Assembly: GCA_964622545.1 (NCBI GenBank)
Contig: CAZUQM010000002.1
Coordinates: 225,713-289,712 of the forward strand
Direction: 5' to 3'
DNA length: 64,000 nt
Origin: an uncultured Planctomycetales bacterium
GTDB taxonomy: Bacteria; Planctomycetota; Phycisphaerae; UBA1845; JAFGLZ01
Shown: positions 26,258 through 35,887 of the stretch, in pieces
Layout: every line of letters starts with the position of its first letter
How positions within the stretch are numbered: the first letter of the stretch is position 1
Program-made: the position numbers and the translations under genes
Notes under the pieces: generated by a model
Database searches by the model: none
What the model saw: only the letters and a program-made list of their open reading frames with translations
Told to the model about the DNA's origin: nothing

Positions 26258-29200
26258 GTGTCCGGCTGCTCCGAACAAGGACTGGGCAGAGAGTCTGAGC
26301 GAGGCGTCCGATGGGTGGCCCATGGCCTCACCTGTCCTGAGCTCCGCCGAAGGAGCCGTGAGGGACGCGACTCTCCGGCCGCAATCCTATCCCTCACCTC
26401 TGAAGACGTAAGCCACGCGAGCTGCGCTGGCCGCTCAAAGGCTCGCGCAAACACCCTAATCGCCGGCCTCATCCTGATGACGCTCGCCCCGCCGGCCATC
26501 GCCGCCGAGAAGCTCGAGACGCCCGCCATGTCGCTCACGATCCGCGACGGCGTGGTCGTCGGCTTCACCGATCGTCGCATACCCAACGGCTGGCAGCCGA
26601 TGGACGCCCCACCCCTCACGGGCCTGCGTCGGATCAAGAAGAGCGACCTCTGGAACGACACGGCCGGGCGCGTCGCCAGACACACCGACGCAGGCTTGAC
26701 GTGCGAGGCGGCATGGACATCGGCCGAAGGACGCGCTCGCGTCACGACAGCCTTCGCCCCCGCCGACGACGGCAGCGTGGTCGTCACGCATCGGGGCAAG
26801 TCCGGTACCCCCGGCATCGTCGGCGTCCAGTGGGGCCTCGTCGCGCCCGAAACGTGGACCGTCCTCGCGCCATGCCACAGCGGCTGGCAACTCGACGCCT
26901 CGGGCCCAGCGGGTCAGTTCGACCTCGACTATCCCATGGCCTGGGAGGCCCAGTTCGTCCTGATCCAGGGCCCCAAGGGCGGCGTGCTCATCCACGCCGA
27001 GGACGTGGCCGAGCGCTTCAAAACCCTCCATGTCAAACGCGTCGGCGGGCAATTCCGCATCGGCTTCGAGACCCGCTGCACCGCGCCGATGGACTCGAAG
27101 AAGGCGGTCGAGGGCACGCGCTGGCGGATCAGGCCTTACCGCGGCGACTGGCTCAAGGGAGCGGCCCTCTACCGCGCCTGGGCAACCCGGGCGTTCGGCC
27201 TGGTCCGGCTCGAGGACCGCAAGCCCGCATGGATCCGCGACGCCCAGCTCATGGTCGTCTCGGGGCTCGAGGCCAAGCTGCTCGAGGCCCTGGCCGAGCA
27301 CGTCGACCCAAAGCAGACGCTCGTCTACGTGCCGAGCTGGCGGCGCGATTCCTACGACCGCAACTACCCGGACTACACGCCCGCCGAGGGCTTCGCGGAA
27401 AAGGTCAAGCATGCCCGGGCCATGGGCTACCGCGTTATCCTCCACGTCAACTACTTCGGCTGCACCCCCGAGAACCCGCACTACGAGGCGCTCAAGGGCT
27501 ACCACTGTCGCGACCCGCTGAGCGGCGAGCTTCTCTACTGGGATTGGCAGCGAGCCGACCCGCCGATCACGTTCGCCTACATCAACCCGGCCGCCAAGGC
27601 CTGGCGCGAGCTGTTCGTCCGCCTCATGGTCGAGCTGTGCGAGCGCGTCGAGCCCGACGCCCTGCACCTCGACCAGACGCTCTGCATCTTCAACCACGCC
27701 GGCGGTCCGATCGACGGGTTCAACATGATGCAGGGTAACCTCGCCCTGCACCGCGAGCTTCGCGAGGCCCTGCCTGACGTCGCGCTGTCGGGCGAGGGAC
27801 TCAACGAGATCACCTGCCGTTACGAGGCCTTCGCCCAGCGGCACGTCTACGGCATCCACCACGCCGACCGCAAATGGGATGACTGGCTCATCGACTTGGC
27901 CCACCCGATCAGCAGCTCGCTGCTCGCACCGCACACGACGATCTACGGCTACCTCGGGATGACCAACCCGCGCGCGCACGACTATTACTTCGCCTGGCGT
28001 AAGGCGTACGAACGCTTCGGCGTGATCCCGACATTCCCCAGACCGACGAGGGACCAGATCACGCAAGCACCGCCGATCGTCAGGGTCTTGCTTGACGAGG
28101 CGAGATGGTTCCAGCGAAACCGCCCGCTGCCGGACTTCGACCGCGAGTGGCCCGCCGAGGCGGTGTTCGCCTATCGCACCGACGGCGGCCAGGCCGCGTA
28201 CCGTCGCGACGCGTTCGGTGTGGCGCTGGTCGACCCGGCCGAACCCGACGCCCCCATCTCGCGACGCCTCACCGGCAGCGCCACGCCCGAATTGCCCGGC
28301 ACGGTCCCCGGCTGGAGGGCGTACAACGACCGCCGGCTCCTCGGGCTCGACCCTGCTCGATCCTACGTGTACCTGCCCAAGCCGCGCGACAGGAAGGCAT
28401 TCCACGTCGACAAGCTGCCGCCGACGGCCCGCGTCCGCCGCATCGCACAGCAACCCGACTTCGCAGTGATCGACCTCGACGACGAACGGGCCGTCGTATC
28501 CGAGCTCTGGCGGCACGAGGGCCCGGCCCGATCCGGCGAGATCCTTCGCGACGGCGCGACCAACGCGATCGCCGGCCTGCAGTTCCACTCCGACAGCGGT
28601 ACGGGCGTCCGTCCGCAAGGCGAGGGCATCTTCGCGCATCCGCCGTGGCGGCCCCTGCCGGACAACGAGAAGCCCACGGGCGCGTCGTCGGATGCCTCAA
28701 CCGGACTGGGCAGCGCGTGGATCGAGTTCGACGTCGCCTTGCCACGCGACAAGCCCGCCCGGTTCGAGACCGGCGTGGGCCTGCGGACCGACCATGCCGC
28801 CGAGCAGAGCGACGGTGTGACCTTCGTCGTGATCGTACGCAAGCCCGACAGCAAGACCGAGCTGCTACGGCTCAGCAAGCACGCCACGCGGGCCTCGCCC
28901 GAACCGATGGTCGTCGACTTAAGCCGCCTCCGCGGACAAGCCATCACGCTGCGGCTCGAAACGCACCCGGGCCCGAAGGGGGCCGTGACGTTCGACTGGG
29001 CCCTCTGGGCGCGGCCGCGGATCGTCCTGAGCGAACCCCACCACCAGATGATCCGATTGGTCAGCCCGCGGCGTATTCTGGGCGTGATCCACGGTGTGAC
29101 CTACCGCACGGCCGCGCCTTTTGAAGACACGCGCTACGTGATCGACGTCCCACTGCCCGGCACGTCGTACCTGCTGTTCCGTGAGCCACACACGATCGAA

Positions 29201-29656
29201 CCGCCGGTGAAGCTGACCGATCTCCGCTTCGATCAGGCCTTGATCGAGGCCGGCCGGTCGCGGCGCCCACGGTCGTTCATGACGGCTAAGGTCCAGCCCG
29301 GACAGGTCGGCGGCGAGGCCAAGCCCGGCCTGTTCGCCCATCCGCCCGACCAGGGCCAGATGCACGTCGACTACCTCATCAAGCTGCCGGAGCGTCCGGT
29401 GCGGCTCATCGGGTTCGCAGGCATCCGCGACGGGCAGGGTTCGATTACCGACGGCGTGGGCTTTCGCGTAGCCGTCAATGGCGAGGTGTGGTGGTCGAGC
29501 GACGTCACGCCGGATGACAAGTGGGTGCCCTTCGACGTAGCCTTGGCCCGCTACGCGAATCGACCCGTGGTCCTGTCGCTGATCACCGACTCGCTCGGCG
29601 ACTTCCGGTGCGATTGGGCCCAGTGGGGTCAGCCGACCCTCGTGCCGCGACCGTAG
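26258..29656 (+). CDS. large secreted hypothetical protein: central glycoside-hydrolase-like TIM-barrel region and two C-terminal NPCBM-like modules
   Basis: Hydrophobic signal-like segment ANTLIAGLILMTLAPPAIAAE; the exact start is uncertain (26258 is a GTG). The central part reads GYRVILHVNYFG...DALHLDQT...LSGEGLNE. Two distal modules each carry G[IL]FAHPP...DGV[TG]F.V (residues ~790 and ~1030). The functional call has low certainty. Confidence 0.6.
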   Translation: MSGCSEQGLGRESERGVRWVAHGLTCPELRRRSREGRDSPAAILSLTSEDVSHASCAGRSKARANTLIAGLILMTLAPPAIAAEKLETPAMSLTIRDGVVVGFTDRRIPNGWQPMDAPPLTGLRRIKKSDLWNDTAGRVARHTDAGLTCEAAWTSAEGRARVTTAFAPADDGSVVVTHRGKSGTPGIVGVQWGLVAPETWTVLAPCHSGWQLDASGPAGQFDLDYPMAWEAQFVLIQGPKGGVLIHAEDVAERFKTLHVKRVGGQFRIGFETRCTAPMDSKKAVEGTRWRIRPYRGDWLKGAALYRAWATRAFGLVRLEDRKPAWIRDAQLMVVSGLEAKLLEALAEHVDPKQTLVYVPSWRRDSYDRNYPDYTPAEGFAEKVKHARAMGYRVILHVNYFGCTPENPHYEALKGYHCRDPLSGELLYWDWQRADPPITFAYINPAAKAWRELFVRLMVELCERVEPDALHLDQTLCIFNHAGGPIDGFNMMQGNLALHRELREALPDVALSGEGLNEITCRYEAFAQRHVYGIHHADRKWDDWLIDLAHPISSSLLAPHTTIYGYLGMTNPRAHDYYFAWRKAYERFGVIPTFPRPTRDQITQAPPIVRVLLDEARWFQRNRPLPDFDREWPAEAVFAYRTDGGQAAYRRDAFGVALVDPAEPDAPISRRLTGSATPELPGTVPGWRAYNDRRLLGLDPARSYVYLPKPRDRKAFHVDKLPPTARVRRIAQQPDFAVIDLDDERAVVSELWRHEGPARSGEILRDGATNAIAGLQFHSDSGTGVRPQGEGIFAHPPWRPLPDNEKPTGASSDASTGLGSAWIEFDVALPRDKPARFETGVGLRTDHAAEQSDGVTFVVIVRKPDSKTELLRLSKHATRASPEPMVVDLSRLRGQAITLRLETHPGPKGAVTFDWALWARPRIVLSEPHHQMIRLVSPRRILGVIHGVTYRTAAPFEDTRYVIDVPLPGTSYLLFREPHTIEPPVKLTDLRFDQALIEAGRSRRPRSFMTAKVQPGQVGGEAKPGLFAHPPDQGQMHVDYLIKLPERPVRLIGFAGIRDGQGSITDGVGFRVAVNGEVWWSSDVTPDDKWVPFDVALARYANRPVVLSLITDSLGDFRCDWAQWGQPTLVPRP

Positions 29657-29664
29657 CCGCGATG

Positions 29665-30963
29665 CTAGGCAATGAGGTGAGGCCTCTCCTTCGGCGACAG
29701 CCCATCCGGATCGTTGACCCTCGCGCCTGCCGGGGCGGAAACCGGCCCGTTCAGCAGCGGGTCATCGGTTCGTTGCATCCAGGCATCCAGCCGCGCGCGT
29801 AGGTCGGCCAAGACCTCGGCCATCGCGTTGTCGGCGGCCACGTTGTTCACCTCGTTCGGGTCGAACACCAGATCGTAGAGCTGCTCGGCGGGCGGCGCCC
29901 GATCGGCCCAGCCGTGGGCGAGCCACAGGTCCTTACTGGGCGAGTCGTCGCAGTTGGGCAGGACGGGCCTGCTTCGTTCGTCGAACCGCCGGATGTACTT
30001 CCACCGCCGCGTCCGGATGCAGCGCTGCGGCTCGTAGGCGGCGTGGTAGGTGACCTCGCCGAAAACCTCGTCGCGGACGCTGTCGACCTCGCCACGGACC
30101 AGCGGCAACAGGGAGTGACCCTCGAGCCAAGACGGGCGATCGATATCGAGCAGGTCGCAGAGCGTGGGAAAGACGTCCACGTGGCTGACCATCGCATCGA
30201 CGCTCTTGCCGCCCGCGAAACCATCCGGCCCGCGGAGGATCAGCATCACCCCCAGACCGTGATCCGTCAGCGTGCACTTCATGCCCGGAAAAGCCATGCC
30301 GTGGTCGGTCGTGGCGATCACCAGTGTGTTCTCGGCCTGCCCCGACGCCTCCAGCGCGTCGAGCACCGCTTCGACGCCCCGATCGAGCTCGCGGACACTG
30401 GCAAGGAAGCCCGCCATGTCCCGCCGCGTCTCGGGTGCATCGGGCAAGGGCGCGGGCACGCGACAGCGGTCGATGACCTCAGGCTCGGGCGCGTGGAACT
30501 CGCGATGGGTCTCGAAGAAACCCACCGACAGGAAGAACGGCTCGCTCGGGCGACGGGTCACGAAGTCCGCGGCCACAGGCGCGACGTGCTCGACGGAGTG
30601 CGAGTCGCTCTTGAGAATCAGGTCGTAGCCGATGTCCGTCGGATCGGCCGCGACGTGCTGAACGCCGGCCAGCGCCGACGTGTAGCCGACTTGTCTGAGC
30701 GTGTGCACCAGGTGCCGGCCGTAGTCCTTCAGCCGAAACCCCCTGTTGACCACACCGAGCATGCCGCTGCCATGCGGAGACTGGCCGGTCAGCAAGGCCG
30801 CCCTGCTGGGCGAACAGGTGGGCCCGGCACAGAAGGCCTGGCGGAACAACACGCCCTCATCGGCGAGCCGTTGAAGATAAGGGGTCTCCGCCGCGAAACC
30901 GTACGGCCGGATCGTGCGTCCCGTGTCGTGCGAGTGGATGTAGAGGATGTTCGGACGTGACAC
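29665..30963 (-). CDS. sulfatase (formylglycine-dependent arylsulfatase family)
   Basis: MSRPNILYIHSHDTG, then the CAGPTCSPSRAALLTGQ (C-x-P-x-R) signature, then TTDHGMAFPGMKCT. Confidence 0.92.
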   Translation of the reverse strand: MSRPNILYIHSHDTGRTIRPYGFAAETPYLQRLADEGVLFRQAFCAGPTCSPSRAALLTGQSPHGSGMLGVVNRGFRLKDYGRHLVHTLRQVGYTSALAGVQHVAADPTDIGYDLILKSDSHSVEHVAPVAADFVTRRPSEPFFLSVGFFETHREFHAPEPEVIDRCRVPAPLPDAPETRRDMAGFLASVRELDRGVEAVLDALEASGQAENTLVIATTDHGMAFPGMKCTLTDHGLGVMLILRGPDGFAGGKSVDAMVSHVDVFPTLCDLLDIDRPSWLEGHSLLPLVRGEVDSVRDEVFGEVTYHAAYEPQRCIRTRRWKYIRRFDERSRPVLPNCDDSPSKDLWLAHGWADRAPPAEQLYDLVFDPNEVNNVAADNAMAEVLADLRARLDAWMQRTDDPLLNGPVSAPAGARVNDPDGLSPKERPHLIA

Positions 30964-31071
30964 GCGCGGGCTCCTGCTTGGATGTGCATCCCTGATCGAC
31001 GCCCTCGTGAGCGAAGCATAGCACGAATCCGCCGCCCGGTCTGCCGCGCCGCGACCGGCCGCTGACCGAGC

Positions 31072-31836
31072 CTACCTTCCCCGTCGCTTGCCCACCGAGG
31101 CCAGGTAGACGATGAACTCCTCTCGGCCGTCGACACCGAGCAGCCGGTTCATCACGTCGTCGTCGACCGCGCCAATCGCGCAACAACTGAGCCCGAGCAC
31201 CTCGCAGGCCAGGTAGAGGTTCTGCCCGACATGCCCTGCATCAAGGTAGATGTACCGGTAGCCGCGCTGCTGGTACTTCCACCGCGCCCGCTCGATGACG
31301 GCCGTCCACGCGAAGGTGACCCCGCACAGGGCCACGATGTTTTGCTGCAAGCATGCGGCGGCGGCCTGGACGCCGAGCTGGTCGTCCTGCCGAAGCTCGA
31401 CCAGCCGGTGCTCCACCGGCTGATAGCGGTAGAGCCCGGGCATGAGCGATTCCACGCGATTCACGATGAGGTACGTCTCCAGAGGGTGCCGCGCGCCCGC
31501 CGACGGCACCGTGCGGAGCGTGTGGCCTTCGATGACCTTCAGGACGCCCTGTGTAGCCCAGAGCAGGGTCGAGAGCTCGCTGAGCAACAAGGGCTCATCG
31601 GCAAAGTTCCGCCGCGACCGCCGTTGCTGGACGAGCGCCCAGAAGCGCTCCGCCGACGCATCGCCGGCCGCTTCGCGCGGCAGTTCATGGATCACCGCAC
31701 CCTCGGGGACCTCCGCCTGAAAAGGCGGTACGGGCCGGCCGAGAACCATATCCGAGGGCGAACGCCCGTGCTGGTATTTCGTAAATTCTTGGAAGGCCTC
31801 GCCGATGTGATGGACATCGGTGTCGATTTGAGCCAT
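31072..31836 (-). CDS. SagB/ThcOx-type nitroreductase-family dehydrogenase
   Basis: AGGAG RBS before ATG 31836. Motifs RRSRRNF, LLWATQGV..RTVPSAGARHPLETYL, YLDAGHVGQNLYLACEVLGLSCCAIGA. Confidence 0.8.
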   Translation of the reverse strand: MAQIDTDVHHIGEAFQEFTKYQHGRSPSDMVLGRPVPPFQAEVPEGAVIHELPREAAGDASAERFWALVQQRRSRRNFADEPLLLSELSTLLWATQGVLKVIEGHTLRTVPSAGARHPLETYLIVNRVESLMPGLYRYQPVEHRLVELRQDDQLGVQAAAACLQQNIVALCGVTFAWTAVIERARWKYQQRGYRYIYLDAGHVGQNLYLACEVLGLSCCAIGAVDDDVMNRLLGVDGREEFIVYLASVGKRRGR

Positions 31837-31964
31837 GGGTGAATCTCCTAGGATGGTCGGGTCCTGTGTATCCGCACTCATAGGATGCCTCGCGGGTCGA
31901 TGCAAGTGACGTGTAGGCCCTTTGCAATACGATGTCATGTAGTGTGTCGGTAGAGAATAGGAAA

Positions 31965-31993
31965 TTGACAGGTCTGCAACCCGTTCGTAAAAT
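31965..31993 (+). promoter_or_regulatory. sigma-70-type promoter for the FHA-GAF-kinase gene
   Basis: TTGACA (31965-31970), a 17-nt spacer, then TAAAAT (31988-31993), about 120 nt upstream of GTG 32117. Confidence 0.5.
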
Positions 31994-32116
31994 CCGGCGT
32001 AGGGTGTATGAGGAGCGAGGCATCTCCGGCCCGTGTTCGCGGGCGTTAGTGCAGACTAACAGGCCGGCAATCAGTCCAGGATCGCCGGGTGCATTCAGTC
32101 GTAAGGAACCTGTGTC

Positions 32117-33790
32117 GTGGCCACTCTGACCGTGCTCCAAGGTCCAGATCGGGGGCGGGTCTTCCGCACCACGCGCGACTCGGCGATGATCGGGCGATCG
32201 AGCAACGTCGTGCCCCTGACGGACAACACCGTCTCGCGGCGGCACGCCGAGATGGTGCCGGAGAACGGCCGGTGGCTGCTCCACGACCTCAACAGCGTCA
32301 ACGGGACCTTCCTTAACGGGCAGCGCGTCGCCGATCCGATCCCGCTCAAGCACGGTGATCAGATCCGCGTCGGGAGCACGCTGCTGGTCTACGGCGGCGA
32401 GACGGCCGCGGACAGCTATGACGTCCAGTTCTTCCCCCGTGACTCGGTCGACACGGACGTGTCCGGACCGACCTTCGACTCGTCCATCCTCAGCAGGGCC
32501 CCCAGCAGCGAAGACAGCGTGATCATCGCCGACCAGCAGACCGCCACGGCCGTCCGCGCGTGGCGGGTCATGCAGGGGCTCATCCAGGCCATCGGATCCA
32601 TCGTCTCGTCCGATCAACTGCTCGAGCGCGTGATGGACACGGTCTTCGAGGAGATGCGCGTCGATCACGGCTTCATCCTGATGCGCGACGAGGAGTCGGG
32701 CGAGCTGCTGCCGCATGTCGTGCGATGCCGCACCAAGACCGGGCTCACCTCCGAGGGTCAGGTGACCACGAGTGAGACAATCGTCAAGCATGTGGTCAGC
32801 CGAAAAGAGGGCATCCTCTGCAAAAACGCCCAGACCGACCAGCGGTTCGCAGCCCGCAAGGACAGCAGCATCCACAGCTACGGATTGCGCAGCGTCATCT
32901 GCGTGCCGATCGCGGTCCGCGACGAGGTCCTCGGCGTGATCCACATCGACTGCGCCTCGAGCAACACGCAGTACAGCGACGAACAGCTCCGTCTCATGGT
33001 GGCGATTGGTCGGCAGACGGCCATGGCCCTGGAAAACCTCAAGCTCCTATCGGCGCGGATGCAGACCGAGCGGCTCGCCGCCACGGGCGAAACGGTGGCC
33101 TACCTGTCGCACTACATCAAGAACATCCTCCAGGGCATGCGAAGCGGCTCGGACATGATCGAGCTCGGGATCGAGGGCAGCAATCTCCAGACCGTCTCGC
33201 GCGGCTGGCCGATCGTGCAGCGCAACCTCGAGAAGATCTACCACCTGACGACGAACATGCTGGCCTTCAGCAAGGACCGCAAGCCCAGCGTGCAGATGGT
33301 TCAGCTCGGTGGCATCGTCGAGGACGTCATCGAGCTCGTGCAGCGGTCCGCCGACGAGCGGGAGGTCATGCTGCTGGCCGAGACGGACGACGACCACCCG
33401 CCCGTCCCGGTCGATCCGGACGGCATCCACCAGGTCATCATGAACCTCGTTACGAACGCCCTCGACGCCGTCGAACCCGGCAAGGGGGTGATCAACGTCC
33501 GCGTGAAGTTCGACGAGGACGCCTCCGAGGCCGTCATCACCGTGGCCGACAACGGACCCGGCGTCGACAGCGAGGTCCTGCCGCACATCTTCGAGCCGTT
33601 CCATTCGTCCAAGGGGCAAGGCGGCACGGGGCTGGGCCTGGCGGTCGCGCGGAAGATCGTCCACGAGCACAGCGGCCGCATCGACGTCAGCAGCATGCCC
33701 GGCGAGGGCACGATCTTCCGCGTACGGCTGCCCATCACCGAAGCCGGCCCGTACGAAAGCGAAGAGACGTTCGGCCCGCCCCATACGTAA
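32117..33790 (+). CDS. soluble FHA-GAF-histidine kinase
   Basis: FHA domain (IGRSSNVVPLTDNTVSRRHAEM...LHDLNSVNGTFLNGQRV). A GAF-like middle region. H-box LSHYIKNILQG. HATPase boxes NLVTNALDA, VADNGPGV, GTGLGLAVARKIV. No TM segment. GTG start. Confidence 0.88.
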   Translation: MATLTVLQGPDRGRVFRTTRDSAMIGRSSNVVPLTDNTVSRRHAEMVPENGRWLLHDLNSVNGTFLNGQRVADPIPLKHGDQIRVGSTLLVYGGETAADSYDVQFFPRDSVDTDVSGPTFDSSILSRAPSSEDSVIIADQQTATAVRAWRVMQGLIQAIGSIVSSDQLLERVMDTVFEEMRVDHGFILMRDEESGELLPHVVRCRTKTGLTSEGQVTTSETIVKHVVSRKEGILCKNAQTDQRFAARKDSSIHSYGLRSVICVPIAVRDEVLGVIHIDCASSNTQYSDEQLRLMVAIGRQTAMALENLKLLSARMQTERLAATGETVAYLSHYIKNILQGMRSGSDMIELGIEGSNLQTVSRGWPIVQRNLEKIYHLTTNMLAFSKDRKPSVQMVQLGGIVEDVIELVQRSADEREVMLLAETDDDHPPVPVDPDGIHQVIMNLVTNALDAVEPGKGVINVRVKFDEDASEAVITVADNGPGVDSEVLPHIFEPFHSSKGQGGTGLGLAVARKIVHEHSGRIDVSSMPGEGTIFRVRLPITEAGPYESEETFGPPHT

Positions 33791-33805
33791 GACCCGACGG
33801 CGGCT

Positions 33806-35689
33806 TCACCGTCCGTGCGCATCCCACAACGCCAGCATCATGAGTGTCCAGACGCGTCGTGACCAGCGGCCCGGATCGAGTCCGTCCTGGTTGTGAACGA
33901 GCGCTCGAATGCCGGCGGGATCGAAGCGCTGCCGCAGCAGACCCGTCGGTTGAAGGAGTAGATCATCACGCAGCGGTCGGAGGTCCTCCTGGAGCCATCG
34001 GATGAGGGGCACCTCGAAACCGCGCTTGGGGGCGCCAACCACGGCCTCGGGCAAGTACCGCCCCGCCAGTCGACGCAGGATCGGCTTGGTCGTTGTCCCG
34101 TTCAGGCGCAGGTGGGAAGGCAGGCCGGCGGCGGTCTCGAAGACGAGGTGATCCAACAAGGGGCTCCGAGCCTCCAGGCCGTGAGCCATCGTGGCGATGT
34201 CCATCTTGACCAGCAGATCGTCCGGCAGAAGCGTCTGGGCGTCGATCCAGAGGTGTCGAGCGAGCGCGTCGCGTGGCGCACCTTCGTCGGCAAGCCGTGT
34301 CGCGATCGGGGACCAGCTCGGTCCACAGAGCCCCAGCCAATCGCCGCGGTCCCCGACGAGCTGCTGCTTCTCGGTCTCGGTGAATGCGTCGTTTCCCCAG
34401 GCCATGAGGCGCTGCGCCTCCGGAAGGGCCAGACCGCGGACGAGCCGCCTCACGAAAGCGCTTCGCGTCCGAAACGAGGTCGTTCGAGGCAGGAGCGCGT
34501 CGAGGATCCGCCAGAAGCCGCGCGCATCCCCTAGGGGGCCCAGTCTACGGCTCAGCCAGGTGGCCACATAACGGCGATAACCGGCCAGCGCCTCGTCGCC
34601 ACCGTCCCCATTCAGGACGACCTTGCGGTGGTGTCGAGCCACCTTGGCGAGGCAGTAGGAGGGAACCGCGGACGCATCGGCGTACGGTTGGCCGTAGGCC
34701 GCCGCCAGACGAGGCAAAACGTCCTCCAGCTCGGGCTTGATGAGAAGCTCGTGGTGGTCGGTCTCATAGCGCTCGGCCACCTGACGTGCGAGCGGGCGCT
34801 CGTCGAAGGCGTCGTCCTCGAAGCCGACAGACAGCGTGGTGAGCCGGCCTGGGTGATGCTCGGCGGCCAGGGCGGCTACTAGACCGCTATCGATGCCCCC
34901 GGACAGAAAGACGCCGACGGGCACATCCGATCGCAATCGCAGCCGGACGGCCTCCCGGAATCGCGCCTCGATCTCGTGCTCGGCCTCTTGCCTGGACGAC
35001 GGGCCACCGGCCCCAGGTCGTGGCAGGCGCCAGTAGCGATCGGCCATGGGCGCCCCCCCATGGTCAACGATGAGCCGGTGGGCGGGATCCAGGGCCCGGA
35101 TGCCTTCATAGATGGTCCGGGGGGCGGGCACGTGCCCCCAGCTGAGGTAATCGGACAGTGCTTGATCATCGAGTCGGCCAGCCGATGGCATCAGCTTGCA
35201 CAGGGCGGGGATCTCGGATGCGAAACAGAACGCGCCGTGCTCGTCCGTGCCGTAGTAGAGCGGCTTGACACCCAGACGATCCCGCGCCACGAGGAGTCGC
35301 TGCCGCCTCGCGTCCCAGACCGCAAAGGCAAACATCCCGCGGAGGGCGTGAACCAGCTCCAAACCGCGCTCTTCGTAGAGGTGGACCAGCACCTCGGTGT
35401 CGCTCCGGGTGCGCAGTTGATGGCCGGCCGCAAGGAGCTCGTCACGCAATTCGAGGTAGTTGTAGATCTCGCCGTTGAAGACCACGGCGATGGACTGGTC
35501 TTCGCTGAAGAGCGGCTGGTTGCCTCCCGGCAGGTCGATGACGCTCAATCGGGTGTGGGCGAGTCCGACGGCCCCGCTCGATGCGATCCAGGTCCCTTCG
35601 CTGTCGGGCCCACGATGCCGTAGCGCCTCGATCGCGCGGCCCAGGCGCGAGGGGTCGACTCGGCCGAGCATGCCCGCGATGCCGCACAT
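33806..35689 (-). CDS. asnB: asparagine synthase (glutamine-hydrolysing)
   Basis: MCGIAG N-terminal nucleophile, GDSEV-like region TRSDTEV and PP-loop FLSGGIDSGLVAA. Confidence 0.92.
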   Translation of the reverse strand: MCGIAGMLGRVDPSRLGRAIEALRHRGPDSEGTWIASSGAVGLAHTRLSVIDLPGGNQPLFSEDQSIAVVFNGEIYNYLELRDELLAAGHQLRTRSDTEVLVHLYEERGLELVHALRGMFAFAVWDARRQRLLVARDRLGVKPLYYGTDEHGAFCFASEIPALCKLMPSAGRLDDQALSDYLSWGHVPAPRTIYEGIRALDPAHRLIVDHGGAPMADRYWRLPRPGAGGPSSRQEAEHEIEARFREAVRLRLRSDVPVGVFLSGGIDSGLVAALAAEHHPGRLTTLSVGFEDDAFDERPLARQVAERYETDHHELLIKPELEDVLPRLAAAYGQPYADASAVPSYCLAKVARHHRKVVLNGDGGDEALAGYRRYVATWLSRRLGPLGDARGFWRILDALLPRTTSFRTRSAFVRRLVRGLALPEAQRLMAWGNDAFTETEKQQLVGDRGDWLGLCGPSWSPIATRLADEGAPRDALARHLWIDAQTLLPDDLLVKMDIATMAHGLEARSPLLDHLVFETAAGLPSHLRLNGTTTKPILRRLAGRYLPEAVVGAPKRGFEVPLIRWLQEDLRPLRDDLLLQPTGLLRQRFDPAGIRALVHNQDGLDPGRWSRRVWTLMMLALWDAHGR

Positions 35690-35825
35690 GGTAAGCGCCT
35701 CAGGAACCGCAATAGGCCGAGTCTAGGATGCCCCGGTAGCGAGCGTCAAACCCCTGCCTGGAGCGTCCCCTCCTGCCGGCGCCGGTATTGGGTCGTGGAA
35801 AGGAACCGCTGCGCCGCGCAATGAA

Positions 35826-35854
35826 ACACCCGCGAGAGGTCGTCCCGCGGGTGT
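35826..35854 (-). terminator. hairpin downstream of the porin gene
   Basis: ACACCCGCG(11 nt)CGCGGGTGT lies 34 nt beyond the stop at 35888. On the minus strand it is followed by TTCATT, a weak U-tract. Confidence 0.4.
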
Positions 35855-35887
35855 CATGATCAACAATGCAGTGGTCCGTCGAGGGTG

